Under the pieces are notes generated by a model. The model was not told the DNA's origin. It was given only the letters and a program-made list of their open reading frames with translations, and did no database searches. Positions 37,780-47,893 of a stretch of DNA of 64,000 nucleotides are shown piece by piece. Location: contig JBPCLP010000024.1 in the NCBI GenBank assembly GCA_051003195.1, positions 1-64,000 on the forward strand. Reading direction: 5' to 3'. The stretch is from Candidatus Sumerlaeaceae bacterium (GTDB taxonomy: Bacteria; Sumerlaeota; Sumerlaeia; Sumerlaeales; Sumerlaeaceae). Position 1 is the first letter of the stretch; every line of letters begins with the position of its first letter. Made by a program: the position numbers and the translations under genes.

Positions 37780-39372
37780 ATGTCTGCGCAGATGAGTTCG
37801 CTTAGCCGGTATGAAGAACTAAAAGCCCTGCTGCGCGGTGAGTCTTTTTGTATTGCGGAAAACGCAGAGAGTCTCCCGCAGGAATTGCCGCCATTCGATG
37901 AGCGGCTGGTGCAGGCAATCTGGCATGAACAGCTCGTACATGCGGACAAACTTCAAACGGTGTCCGGCAAAACCATACGTGTACTGGACCCGGGCCAGTG
38001 GAACGGCGAACGCGGGCCAGACTTCAAATCAGCCGATCTGGAGATTGCCGGGCAGCGGCTGCGCGGTGATATTGAAATCCATGTGCATGCATCCGACTGG
38101 GAGCGCCATAATCACCAACGCGATTTCGAATACAACCGCGTCATCCTGCACGTAGTATTGCACTGCGATAATGGAGCCCCGACCGACCTGCTGCACAATG
38201 CGCAGCAGGTGGATAGGCTGGAACTTGCGCCGGTGCTGAACCCGGACCTGGACACGATTCGCCGCTCGCTGGCTGGTGAAGACTTTATGTTCGCGGATCG
38301 CAGTGACAACGCCGCCACATCATGCCATCATTCGGTCGCACGCGTGAACGAGGAACTGCTGCGCGAGTTTTTCCTGGAAGCAGCTCATCAGCGGCTGGAA
38401 AGCAAGGTTGCGCGTTTTCAGGCGCAGCGCTCGGGCGAATCCCTCGACCAGGTGCTCTACCAGGCGATCATGACGGCGATGGGCTACAAAGGCGGCAAGA
38501 CGCTGTTTTTCCTCCTCGCAAAAAGGACACCGATCGAAGAGCTGAAGGATTACCATCGCGATACTCCGCTGCCGGAACTTCCGATCGCACTGGAGGCACT
38601 GCTCCTGCATGTGGCCAACCTGGCGGCGCCCTCCGCGAAAACGCTCGGGGCTCCCGGCGACATGCTGGAGGACAGTTGCGAGTCGCCACTGCTGGATGCC
38701 GATACGCTCGTTTATGTGGATCGACTGCATGGTTACTGGCATCTCTTATCGGGATATTTTCAGGACCGTATCATTCCGCCCACACGGCGCTGGTTTGGCA
38801 GTGTACGTCCTGTCAACTTTCCAACGCGGCGTATTGCCGGTGTTGCGCGCCTTCTCACAAATTTTGACTTCCGGCGCGGCTTTGTGGCCAGTTTTGCACG
38901 GGCGGTAAGAGACGCCGCTGCGCGCCAGCCGAAAAGTTCCCGTGATTTCAAACGGGAAATCATGCAGCTGGGGTTGCTTTTCTCCGCGGAGGGCGAATCG
39001 TACTGGAGCACCCACTACACATTGGGCGGGAGACGGGCTAAGAAACCGATGCAGCTCATCGGGGAGGAGCGAGCCCTGTCGGTTCTCTACAATGCTCTCT
39101 TACCGATCTGTATATTGTACGCGCGTGAAGAACGCGATCCAGCCCTTGAAAAATTCCTGTGGCGGTTACACGAACACTTCCCCGCGCTTCCAGAAAATGC
39201 CATCACGCGCTTCATGCGTCACAGGCTTTTCGGCGAAACCGGCCCTCCAGCCGGCCTGAATTTCCGGTTCGAGAAGCATAACCAGGCACTGTTCCAGGTT
39301 TTTCATGAATGCTGCAACAATGCGGCGTTGACCTGTGAGGATTGTATCTTTGCACGGCGAGCCGCTGAATAA
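37780..39372 (+). CDS. DUF2851 family protein
   Basis: ERLVQAIW, PGQWN..GPDF, GDIEIH..SDW..H, VILHVV, RPVNFPTRR. Confidence 0.85.
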   Translation: MSAQMSSLSRYEELKALLRGESFCIAENAESLPQELPPFDERLVQAIWHEQLVHADKLQTVSGKTIRVLDPGQWNGERGPDFKSADLEIAGQRLRGDIEIHVHASDWERHNHQRDFEYNRVILHVVLHCDNGAPTDLLHNAQQVDRLELAPVLNPDLDTIRRSLAGEDFMFADRSDNAATSCHHSVARVNEELLREFFLEAAHQRLESKVARFQAQRSGESLDQVLYQAIMTAMGYKGGKTLFFLLAKRTPIEELKDYHRDTPLPELPIALEALLLHVANLAAPSAKTLGAPGDMLEDSCESPLLDADTLVYVDRLHGYWHLLSGYFQDRIIPPTRRWFGSVRPVNFPTRRIAGVARLLTNFDFRRGFVASFARAVRDAAARQPKSSRDFKREIMQLGLLFSAEGESYWSTHYTLGGRRAKKPMQLIGEERALSVLYNALLPICILYAREERDPALEKFLWRLHEHFPALPENAITRFMRHRLFGETGPPAGLNFRFEKHNQALFQVFHECCNNAALTCEDCIFARRAAE

Positions 39373-39444
39373 CCCTGACTTAGCCCCTCGGCACAAGCGT
39401 TGCTCTTATGTCACATGTGCGTATTCGCATGGAAGGAGAACATC

Positions 39445-39972
39445 ATGGAAAACAAAGAACCTGGCATTACCGGATTACACTGCAGTACCCAAAGGGGGAG
39501 CTTGGGAAGCGGCTCTCGTTCGCAGGATTCGATTGGTTCGAACCAATCGCATTCTACGACATACCGGGCGACGATTCGAACCCCGATCGACAGCAGCCGA
39601 ATGGATCCGAGCATGAATTCTTCGCTGACCGCACTGGAAGGCGAGGAGACCACGGGCACGGGCAAGCTGTCAAACCTGACCGACCGTGCTAAAGAGATGG
39701 CCGGCACCGCAGTGGGCAGCATGCTTGGTGTCGCAGACACCTTGAAAAGCCGTGCATCTAACCTTGGTGAGCAGATTGGTGACATGAGCACATCGGCAAA
39801 GGAAGTCTTGCTTGATCGCACCCATAGGGTAACGGACCGGGTAAAGAACTTCGATTACGACCATGTAGTTTCCGACACCCGCACGATTCTCGGATCGGAT
39901 CCAGCACGCACCATGTTAATTGCAGGCGGAATAGGCCTCGCGCTCGGGTTCATGATGGGACGTAAACACTAG
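39445..39972 (+). CDS. ElaB/YqjD (DUF883)-like tail-anchored membrane protein
   Basis: AAGGAG RBS before ATG 39445; helical body; C-terminal P...IAGGIGLALGFMMGRK. Confidence 0.7.
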   Translation: MENKEPGITGLHCSTQRGSLGSGSRSQDSIGSNQSHSTTYRATIRTPIDSSRMDPSMNSSLTALEGEETTGTGKLSNLTDRAKEMAGTAVGSMLGVADTLKSRASNLGEQIGDMSTSAKEVLLDRTHRVTDRVKNFDYDHVVSDTRTILGSDPARTMLIAGGIGLALGFMMGRKH

Positions 39973-39991
39973 AGGATTGAGTCTTAACCAG

Positions 39992-40018
39992 GAGCGGGTT
40001 TCGGCCCGCTCTTTTTTT
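39992..40018 (+). terminator. Rho-independent terminator
   Basis: GAGCGGGT-TTCG-GCCCGCTC hairpin followed by T7, between convergent genes. Confidence 0.85.
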
Positions 40019-41216
40019 ATGCTCCGCGCGTGGCGCGCGCAAGTAGCCGCGCAAAACCTGGCGCCAGTTGCAGAACGCGAAGGCTTCCGTGTGCCACATC
40101 CGGGTGAAAAAACAGCGACTGCAAGCCCCTGCCTAACCATAGCCGGTCACGATAGCGGTGTTTCCACCAGGTTGCCCATTGCCGCGCAATGGATGCATGT
40201 GTGGCATGCGACCATGCATTGTTCGTCTGTTTGAATTCGCCGATAATCAGTTCTGCCAGGCGTACTCCTGATTCAATTGCCATAGCCTGTCCATCGCCGC
40301 ACAGGGGTGTGATCATGCCGGCAGCGTCTCCCACAAAGCAGATATTTCCGATCGCGAGCTCTTTAGTCTTAAAATCAATTTGTGCAACACTTTGAACGCT
40401 TTCCTGCAGTGGTTCAAGCCCTTCCATTCTCTTACCAAACGCAAGGTGTCCGGACGAAAACCGCTGGATGAGATCGGGCCATTTGCCTTTGTCGCCAATC
40501 ACATCTCTTCGCAACAGCATGCACACGTTGAACAGTCCGCCCTCAATGCTGCAAATACCGCAATAGCCGCCCGCAAAGCCGTACATCTCGCCGGTGTCGA
40601 TTAACTCCACCGGGAGGCTGCTCGCTTCACGCAACCGGTGGTGAAGTTTAAAAGCCACGTGTCCGTGTGACCGTTCGATGAACGTACGCCCAAGCGTCCG
40701 GTCCAGGTGCGAGTAACGTCCGTATGCAGCAATGACGAAATCAGCGGTCAACTCGTTCTGAATCGAGCCCCTGGCAGTTTTGCACAGCATCTGCACGCTT
40801 GCCATTGTGGCATCTCCCGACGCCGGCGTGAGCTTCTGCACTTCGCAGCTTGCGTAAATGTCCACACCGCTGGCCACAGCGCGCTGTACCAGCGTTACGT
40901 CCAGCAACCGGCGGCTTATGCCCATGGCGGGATGGGGAAGCGGTATTGTCAGCGCAGCGCCACGATGGCTGACGAACCGCATCTGCCTAATCAATGGTGG
41001 TGCATGTGCGGCGAGCGCATCGATACAATCGAGGTGGGCTAAAAGCCTCTGTGATTCACCGCTGAGGAACTCTCCGCATAACTTATCCCGAGGAAAAGAA
41101 TCGCGGTCGAGCAGCGCCACTTTCCATCCGGCCTTTGCCAATACAATCGACGCGGCGCTTCCAGCCGGACCGGCCCCGACCACCGCGACGGAATAGTGCT
41201 TGGTCGGCGTGCTCAA
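40017..41216 (-). CDS. FAD-dependent oxidoreductase (geranylgeranyl reductase / monooxygenase-like)
   Basis: VVGAGPAG, FPRDKLCGEFLS, VGDAAGMITPLCGDG; start placed at TTG 41216. Confidence 0.88.
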   Translation of the reverse strand: MSTPTKHYSVAVVGAGPAGSAASIVLAKAGWKVALLDRDSFPRDKLCGEFLSGESQRLLAHLDCIDALAAHAPPLIRQMRFVSHRGAALTIPLPHPAMGISRRLLDVTLVQRAVASGVDIYASCEVQKLTPASGDATMASVQMLCKTARGSIQNELTADFVIAAYGRYSHLDRTLGRTFIERSHGHVAFKLHHRLREASSLPVELIDTGEMYGFAGGYCGICSIEGGLFNVCMLLRRDVIGDKGKWPDLIQRFSSGHLAFGKRMEGLEPLQESVQSVAQIDFKTKELAIGNICFVGDAAGMITPLCGDGQAMAIESGVRLAELIIGEFKQTNNAWSHATHASIARQWATWWKHRYRDRLWLGRGLQSLFFHPDVAHGSLRVLQLAPGFARLLARATRGA

Positions 41217-41926
41217 ACTCGCTGCTCTCCGGTTCGAGCGGTCAGCAACCAGCGAAAAGCCCAGTGCCACGAAACGGAGACACCCTGCAGGCCCGCTTCG
41301 CTCGATAGCCCTGACAGCTCCACGCGTGTAAATGCACGCGCCACGGACAAAGGAGCGTCATTATGAATGATGGCGCTTCGGCTGAAAATCCTCGTGAGCA
41401 CTCCGATCGAATAGTACGCGAACCAGTGTCGATGCAGATCGTTTACGATAACTCCATAACGCGAAAGTTCTGACATCCTGCAGAGCAGCTTAACGGCTTC
41501 AGCATCTGACGAAAAATGATGTAGAACCAGCGCACAATGCACGACATCGTAGCTGCATCGTGAAGCGACGGAAAACACATCTTCCTGATCAATTTTGATT
41601 TCAGGAAAATCGCTGCATGCACGTGATGCCGATGATGCGCTAACACCCGACAGCTCGATGCCGCGAAGTTCTGCCTGAACGCCGCGCATCCTCGCCCATT
41701 TTGCAACCTGGCGTAAGGTGTCCCCGTTGCCACAGCCGACATCCAGCATCGAGAACTTCCGTGTATTTTTTGGAAGAAGATCCGCAAGGCCTTTGATGGA
41801 GGGATCATAGCCGTTAAGCAGCCGATTGATCCATTCCAGATCCTTTAACGCATGTTCCAATGCATACGGATCCACGTCCGGCGCGTCCATCAGCTCTGGT
41901 CCGCTGGCGCGGCAGCGCAGTTTCAT
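41213..41926 (-). CDS. SAM-dependent methyltransferase (type III PKS-associated)
   Basis: ELMD, INRLL, LDVGCGNGD, LVLHHF, VNDLHR, DAPLSVARAF. Confidence 0.88.
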   Translation of the reverse strand: MKLRCRASGPELMDAPDVDPYALEHALKDLEWINRLLNGYDPSIKGLADLLPKNTRKFSMLDVGCGNGDTLRQVAKWARMRGVQAELRGIELSGVSASSASRACSDFPEIKIDQEDVFSVASRCSYDVVHCALVLHHFSSDAEAVKLLCRMSELSRYGVIVNDLHRHWFAYYSIGVLTRIFSRSAIIHNDAPLSVARAFTRVELSGLSSEAGLQGVSVSWHWAFRWLLTARTGEQRV

Positions 41927-41940
41927 TGTCTACAGAAGTT

Positions 41941-43143
41941 TCACACGACTTGCAGTAGCACGCCTTCTACAGTCAGTCCCGGGCCAAAGGCGAGCGCTCC
42001 CAGCAAACCATTGCCTGCGTCGTGTTTCTTGCGCAATTCGCGCTGGAGCACGAACAGAATGGTGGCGCTGGACATGTTGCCGTAGTCGCGCAGAACAGCG
42101 GAGGACGACTCTACCGCATCCGGCGGAAGATCGAGTGCAAATTGGATTGCCTCGACAATGCGCGGACCCCCAGGGTGAACAGCCCAGTGTGTGATACTGC
42201 GCAACGGCACATGAGCGGTTGCAGCCAATTCCCGGCAGAACTCCGGTACCGCACGTTTCAGTTGGGCCGGTACCCCCGCATTTAGGCGCATAATAAAACC
42301 TGTGTCACCTATACGCCAGCTCATCTGATCCGTGGAATCGGAACACACCTCGCTGTGCGTACCCACGATGCGACACAGGGAACCCGCATCACTATCACGC
42401 ATTTCTGAACCATAAAGCGCTGCGGATGCTCCATCAGCGAAGAGGGCGTTTGCAACGAAAGTGTCCGGAGTCGAGTCCTTCTGAAAGTGCAGTGAAGACA
42501 GCTCGACCGCAATCTGCAGCACAACTGCGCGCGCGTTGGAACGCACGATATCGTCGGCAACGCGCATGCCGGAAATGCCTGCGTAGCAACCCATGAATCC
42601 CAGAATAGTGCGGGCTACCGTTGTGCGCAGGCCCAGCTCCCTCACCAACAGCACGTCCGGCCCGGGCGCGAAAAACCCCGTACACGAGCTGATAACTACA
42701 TGTGTGATTTCACGTGGATCTACATTCGCGGCTTGGATCGCGTTACGTGCCGCAGCCGCAGCAAGCCTTACGCTTTCTCGCTCGTATACGGCCATGCGCG
42801 CCCCAGTGGATGGAAAAGGTTCCAGGTCTGGGCTCGCGGGGAAAAAGCAATATTCGTGATGGGACAGACACAGGTAATCCGAAAGCACGCTGTGTCGCCG
42901 TTCGATGCCACTCTGTTTATAAATCCGGTGCAACAGGCCCAACATCGCCTTGTCTGTGTTCCCGGAACCAGCAAGCGCACGCTCCATAAAAGCACATGCC
43001 TGTTCCTGGCTTGCAGAATACTCGGGAACAGCCGTGCCAATTCCCAGCAGGCAAGTTGAAGCGGGCCGTCGTTCGGCGGCGCCTTGAGTTGAGTGAGCCG
43101 CACGATTGAAAACAGCGGTGCATACTGCTTGAGGCATTATCAT
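41941..43143 (-). CDS. Type III polyketide synthase (chalcone synthase-like)
   Basis: Catalytic triad FMGCYAG (Cys), VHPGG (His), YGNMSS (Asn); LFADG; FGPGLT. Confidence 0.95.
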   Translation of the reverse strand: MIMPQAVCTAVFNRAAHSTQGAAERRPASTCLLGIGTAVPEYSASQEQACAFMERALAGSGNTDKAMLGLLHRIYKQSGIERRHSVLSDYLCLSHHEYCFFPASPDLEPFPSTGARMAVYERESVRLAAAAARNAIQAANVDPREITHVVISSCTGFFAPGPDVLLVRELGLRTTVARTILGFMGCYAGISGMRVADDIVRSNARAVVLQIAVELSSLHFQKDSTPDTFVANALFADGASAALYGSEMRDSDAGSLCRIVGTHSEVCSDSTDQMSWRIGDTGFIMRLNAGVPAQLKRAVPEFCRELAATAHVPLRSITHWAVHPGGPRIVEAIQFALDLPPDAVESSSAVLRDYGNMSSATILFVLQRELRKKHDAGNGLLGALAFGPGLTVEGVLLQVV

Positions 43144-43316
43144 CCAAACGGGGTGGTGTCGAGCGAACTGCCGCCACCGCAGTTAACTTAAAAGACAGCC
43201 TACATGCTGCCTTGTGAAAAAGTCCGATCCAGTAAAGAGACAATTCATGCTGGACTGCATGCATGTAGCCTGCGAGCGAACATCAAGGATCTGAACGCCG
43301 CAATGCAGTTTCGCCA

Positions 43317-45212
43317 ATGAAAGACTCCACCAACATACGTCTGACGACACTTGTGTCGCAGCTGCAATTACTGGAGCGTGCGTACGTAAATTCCGGCATT
43401 AGCAGCTCCGGCGATAGTTCGGCGGATCCGCGAACCGCCACTTCCCGCGTTGCCATCGGGTTGCTCCCATTAATCCAATACGTGCAGGCGCTGTTGCGGA
43501 ATGTCGTTGGATCTACTTCGTTCCCTGCCCGGCGTCACCACGTCGCGGTATTCGGTGGGACACAGGTCGGAAAAAGCACGGTTATTAACCTGCTCGCAGG
43601 CTCGCACTCCGCACGTGTCTACCACACCGCAGGCTTTACACGACACGCGCAGGCATTTGTCGCCGACGGTCACGATTGCCAGAATGTGCTCGCCGGATTC
43701 TCCGGTGCATTTCCCGGATTCCAGTGCGTGGGTATTGAGGAGCTGTCGCTGGACCGGCCGCAGGAGTTTGCAGTTAGCCTGCTGAATGGTCCTTCGCAAA
43801 TTCCGCAAACCGTCTTCTGGGATACTCCAGATTGCGACGCAGTGGATGCGCACCGCTACCGAATCGGAATGCTGGAAGCCATCACAGTCGCGGATGTCGT
43901 TGTATACGTTACTTCCCGGGAAAAGTATGCGGTGAACGCAATTTTGGAATGGCTGCTCGTGCTTTTGCAGTCGGGCACTCCAGTGGTCGCATGCCTGAAC
44001 ATGACGCCGGAAGAGCAACAGCCGGAGCTTAAAACGGCCATGGCCGAGGCGCTGCATAAAGTAACCGAACGCCAAGGGGCGGCCGCACACAGTGTCACAG
44101 AACCGCTTGCGCCAATAGCGGCGCTGCCTTTTCTTAATAGAACCGAACTTGCGGCTCTCGTCGATTCAACAGACGAAACCATTCCGAAGCTGCGCGAATC
44201 AGTACAAAATAAGTTCAGCGAAGATCGTGATCAACGTCGAGCGCAAGCGTTGGAGTTCATGGAACAAATCGCTGATTACCTGGTGCAACCCGCCATCGAT
44301 CAGCTCCAGGCACGCGCTTCCTGGAATGCATCCGTAGATGCAGCGCTGGAAACGTTCGTATCGGATTATCGCAGCAGCTATCTCGACAACCCACACAGGT
44401 ACGATGCGTTCAACCGGGTAGGGCTCGAGATTCTCGCGCTCATGGATCCCCCGATCCCGGGGCTGCGAAAGGCGCTGTTTGTTGTCCGCACGGTACTCAG
44501 TCTTCCAGCTCGCGCGATCATCTACGGTTCCCGTGCCGTCTGGCGTTACTTCAGCAGCGGCGGCGCCTCGATGCGTAAGCAGCCAGTAGTGCCGAATGAG
44601 ATCGTCACATTCCACGGTGCGAATGACAGACTGCTGAATTCGCTCGCCGGCTTGCCGCAGCAGCGGCGAACATCTGGTGGTGTTCAGCCGTTCTGGGAAG
44701 CGTTGGCAAGTGGGTGGGCGCAAACGATGCCGACTATTCAAAAGGACTTTAAAACGAAGCTGGAGCAGCATCGTTTACGTACAGAGGAATGGGTACGTGA
44801 AACTGCGCAGGGCATTTATCAGGAACTTGCCCGGGATCCGGTAAAATTAAACTTGCTCCGAAGCGGCCGCATCGCCGCAGACGCGGGCGCGATTATTATT
44901 TCAATCCATACCGGAGGTCACGGCAATGTGCTGCACGATATCCTGGTAACCCCCGCGATGATGGCCCTGGTCCAGGCAATCAGCCAGCAGTTGGCGAGCA
45001 GCTACGTTGAGCAGAAGCGGCGCGAATTGCGTGAACGGTTGCTCGCTGACACCCGCATTTTCGCAGAAGATGTGTATGGCTCACCACTACGCAAGCTGGG
45101 TCAGAGCGCACTTCAGGAGGCGGGCTTCGGCGGAATGGAGCTACAAGAGCTAACGAAGTTGGGAGAGCGATTTCGCGAATTACGCAACGCTGGCAGAGCA
45201 GGTGTAATGTGA
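43317..45212 (+). CDS. Dynamin-like / Era-like GTPase, first of pair
   Basis: GGTQVGKS, FT, DTPDCD, VTSREKY; long helical C-terminus with hydrophobic segments. Confidence 0.75.
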   Translation: MKDSTNIRLTTLVSQLQLLERAYVNSGISSSGDSSADPRTATSRVAIGLLPLIQYVQALLRNVVGSTSFPARRHHVAVFGGTQVGKSTVINLLAGSHSARVYHTAGFTRHAQAFVADGHDCQNVLAGFSGAFPGFQCVGIEELSLDRPQEFAVSLLNGPSQIPQTVFWDTPDCDAVDAHRYRIGMLEAITVADVVVYVTSREKYAVNAILEWLLVLLQSGTPVVACLNMTPEEQQPELKTAMAEALHKVTERQGAAAHSVTEPLAPIAALPFLNRTELAALVDSTDETIPKLRESVQNKFSEDRDQRRAQALEFMEQIADYLVQPAIDQLQARASWNASVDAALETFVSDYRSSYLDNPHRYDAFNRVGLEILALMDPPIPGLRKALFVVRTVLSLPARAIIYGSRAVWRYFSSGGASMRKQPVVPNEIVTFHGANDRLLNSLAGLPQQRRTSGGVQPFWEALASGWAQTMPTIQKDFKTKLEQHRLRTEEWVRETAQGIYQELARDPVKLNLLRSGRIAADAGAIIISIHTGGHGNVLHDILVTPAMMALVQAISQQLASSYVEQKRRELRERLLADTRIFAEDVYGSPLRKLGQSALQEAGFGGMELQELTKLGERFRELRNAGRAGVM

Positions 45213-46999
45213 TCCCAACCAGGAATCACGGTTTACTGGCACGCGTTGAAAACTGGCGGGGTCAGCTGCTCCGGTTAGAGCTGTTGAATCCGGAGCCAAA
45301 TGTTGCCTTGCGCGAGGCCATCCAGGAGGCAACAGTAGCCCGGCTTGAAAATCCGCAGTCGCCCCTTCTGACGGTGCTTCTGCTGGGACCCACCGGCGCG
45401 GGGAAATCGGAGCTACTCAACGCGCTGGCGGGAGCACGAATTGCGCAGAGTCATTACCTGCGTCCGACAACTACTCGCCCAACCATCTATGCACATGCCA
45501 GCATCACCATCGAACAGCTGTCGCAATATGCTGAGCTGCTTGGCGAAATTGCTGCGCAGCCCGGTGCATTTGTAACGCATCAGCAGGATGCGCTGCGTGA
45601 AAAGATTCTTATCGATGCACCCGATATCGACAGCTTTCGAACGGAACATCGCGACACGCTCATGACGTTGCTACCGATTGTCGACGTCGCCCTTTATGTA
45701 GTGACTCCATTCAGCTACAAAGACAATCTCGGATGGGATACGGTCCTCAGGCAGCGGGGAAGGCGGGCGTTTGCATTTGTGATTAACAAGTGGGATGCCG
45801 AGGGCAAGCCCGACGCGCAACCGAGCGCCATACAGGCCGATGGCGACCTTGAGCAATTGCTGCAGCAAAGAACCGGTTATGCACAGCCGCGGCTGTTCCG
45901 AACCTCTGCACGCTTCTGGTTGACCAGGAAGCTGGGAGAGCAGGAGCCGCAGGCGGAGCCTCACGAAGGCGACCAGTTCCTGCAATTTGAGCAGTGGCTA
46001 TCCAGCGGGCTGGTGACGAGTCACATTGCACAAATTCACGAACGCCGCAGGCACGCGCTCTGGAATCAACTTGGCGCCGCAATCGCGGAGGCCACTCCGC
46101 CAGAGGTGCAGTGGAACAAGTGGAGGGCAGAAGTCAAAACCGTGCTGGAATCCTTACAGCATGATGGCCAGCGAGCGATGGCACCTTATATCGCAGCGCG
46201 CGCAAACGATGTGGCGGAAGTGCGCAAGCTCGCACGGCCGCGCAGCTTTGGGTTGCTGGGTGGCATAATGGCAGGATTGTCCTCGATCAGGCGTTTCCGA
46301 CCGCCGTCTGTTGCTACGACTGCGGGGTTGGCTCTATTACAATCAGAAGCAAGCAAGAGTGTTGCAACCATTGGCAACCAGTTGCAAAATCTGGCTGAAT
46401 TACGTTTGAGTGCGCTTGGCTGGGCTGCACGGAAGGAAAATCTGAGCGTCACCTCCGTGCAGAAAGCGTGGGCCGTCGCAATGTCGTCTTTGTCGAGCGA
46501 TATGGATAATGTATTTCAACTGGCCGCCGGCGCCGCTTTGTCACGGAAACTGGACGTGGGGCGAAAAGCGACGGCCTGGCTTATACTTGGCTGTCTGGAA
46601 CTCGCGGCAGTCGCGCTTATCGCTACTGCAGTCTGGCGCATCGCCAAAGGTTATTGGCAGGCGCAATATGTCGATCTGTCGTTTGCGGCAAGTTTCCTCG
46701 TTTTGTTCGTTTGCCTGGTGGGATTGGCCTTCGCAACGCGGGTACTTATTTTTCCCATGAGTTCCGGGCGTATCATGCGCGAGCTCGACAGGCCCTTGTA
46801 TTTGCGCTGGCGAGAGAAGATTCATAGCTTCGAGCAGACAGCCCGCGAATACATGCAGGACTATTCCGGTTTGCGAGCCGAAGGAATTGCGTTTGGCGAC
46901 ATTTGCACTCGGGAAGCGGAGCGCGCCGATGTGCCCCTGTCGCAAATAGAGGATGTGTCCACGCGAGAAGATGTGCGGCGTTTGTTCGCTACACGGTAA
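45209..46999 (+). CDS. Dynamin-like / Era-like GTPase with two C-terminal TM helices, second of pair
   Basis: GPTGAGKS, RPTT, DAPDID, NKWD, SA; two TM segments; start overlaps upstream stop (GTGA). Confidence 0.8.
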   Translation: MIPTRNHGLLARVENWRGQLLRLELLNPEPNVALREAIQEATVARLENPQSPLLTVLLLGPTGAGKSELLNALAGARIAQSHYLRPTTTRPTIYAHASITIEQLSQYAELLGEIAAQPGAFVTHQQDALREKILIDAPDIDSFRTEHRDTLMTLLPIVDVALYVVTPFSYKDNLGWDTVLRQRGRRAFAFVINKWDAEGKPDAQPSAIQADGDLEQLLQQRTGYAQPRLFRTSARFWLTRKLGEQEPQAEPHEGDQFLQFEQWLSSGLVTSHIAQIHERRRHALWNQLGAAIAEATPPEVQWNKWRAEVKTVLESLQHDGQRAMAPYIAARANDVAEVRKLARPRSFGLLGGIMAGLSSIRRFRPPSVATTAGLALLQSEASKSVATIGNQLQNLAELRLSALGWAARKENLSVTSVQKAWAVAMSSLSSDMDNVFQLAAGAALSRKLDVGRKATAWLILGCLELAAVALIATAVWRIAKGYWQAQYVDLSFAASFLVLFVCLVGLAFATRVLIFPMSSGRIMRELDRPLYLRWREKIHSFEQTAREYMQDYSGLRAEGIAFGDICTREAERADVPLSQIEDVSTREDVRRLFATR

Positions 47000-47731
47000 C
47001 TACTGCTTGCGCGACAACCTTAGCAGCCACGGGCGAAGCACGGCCTCCCGAATCACGCTGCCGCTCATCTTGCTCTGGCCTTCGCGTCGCTCCGTATAGA
47101 TGATTGGTACCTCCACAATTCGGAGTCCCCGACGATAGAGAAAGAACAGGATTTCGAAAAGGAACGAATATCCGACTGAGTTGATGCGCGCATTCGACAG
47201 CGCTTCCACCGCGGGCCGCCTGTATGCGCGGAACCCGCTTGTTGCATCCTCCACTGGGATATTGAGGATCGTTTTCACGTAAATATTGGCGAAAAGACTC
47301 AGCAAGAGTCGCGATGGATGCCAGTTTAACACACGTACACCTTCGAAGTACCGCGACCCGATTGCGACATCTGCATCATTAAGTGCCTCAAATAGCAGCG
47401 GTAGAGCCGCCGGGTCGTGCGAGAAATCTGCGTCCAGTGTTGCGATGCGATCCGCGCCCAGCTCCAGTCCGTGTTTCAAGCCTTCAAGGACGGCACTGCC
47501 ATAGCCGGCTTTCTTTTCACGAATCAGGGGGAGCAGGTTTGGCTGAGATTTTGCAATTTCAGCCAGCATCGCAGGTGTGCCGTCGGGCGAATTGTCATCC
47601 ACGACAATTACGCGCGCGCCGGGCAATGTCGCAAGAAGCTGTGGCACCAGTTTCTGCAGGTTCGGTGCTTCGTTATATGTGGCCAGCACTACGCACGTAT
47701 TCTCGTACGCGGCATGTGGATGCGTGTTCAT
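47000..47731 (-). CDS. GT2 polyprenol-monophosphomannose synthase-like glycosyltransferase
   Basis: TYNEA, VDDNSPDGT, LDADFSHDP, IGSRY, DATSGFRAY, REGQSKMS. Confidence 0.92.
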   Translation of the reverse strand: MNTHPHAAYENTCVVLATYNEAPNLQKLVPQLLATLPGARVIVVDDNSPDGTPAMLAEIAKSQPNLLPLIREKKAGYGSAVLEGLKHGLELGADRIATLDADFSHDPAALPLLFEALNDADVAIGSRYFEGVRVLNWHPSRLLLSLFANIYVKTILNIPVEDATSGFRAYRRPAVEALSNARINSVGYSFLFEILFFLYRRGLRIVEVPIIYTERREGQSKMSGSVIREAVLRPWLLRLSRKQ

Positions 47732-47893
47732 GAGGTGATGGGTTCATTTCAAGCTCCAAGCCAGCGGGCAATGGGAAACTGCATTGGCCGCGGCACCGAA
47801 AACAGTTGCCAGGTACCAACGCCGCCGCACGAGTAGCGCGGTTCACCGGCGAACCGTGTCCGCAGGCGATCTAATCTTCGGGAGTTCGTAATT

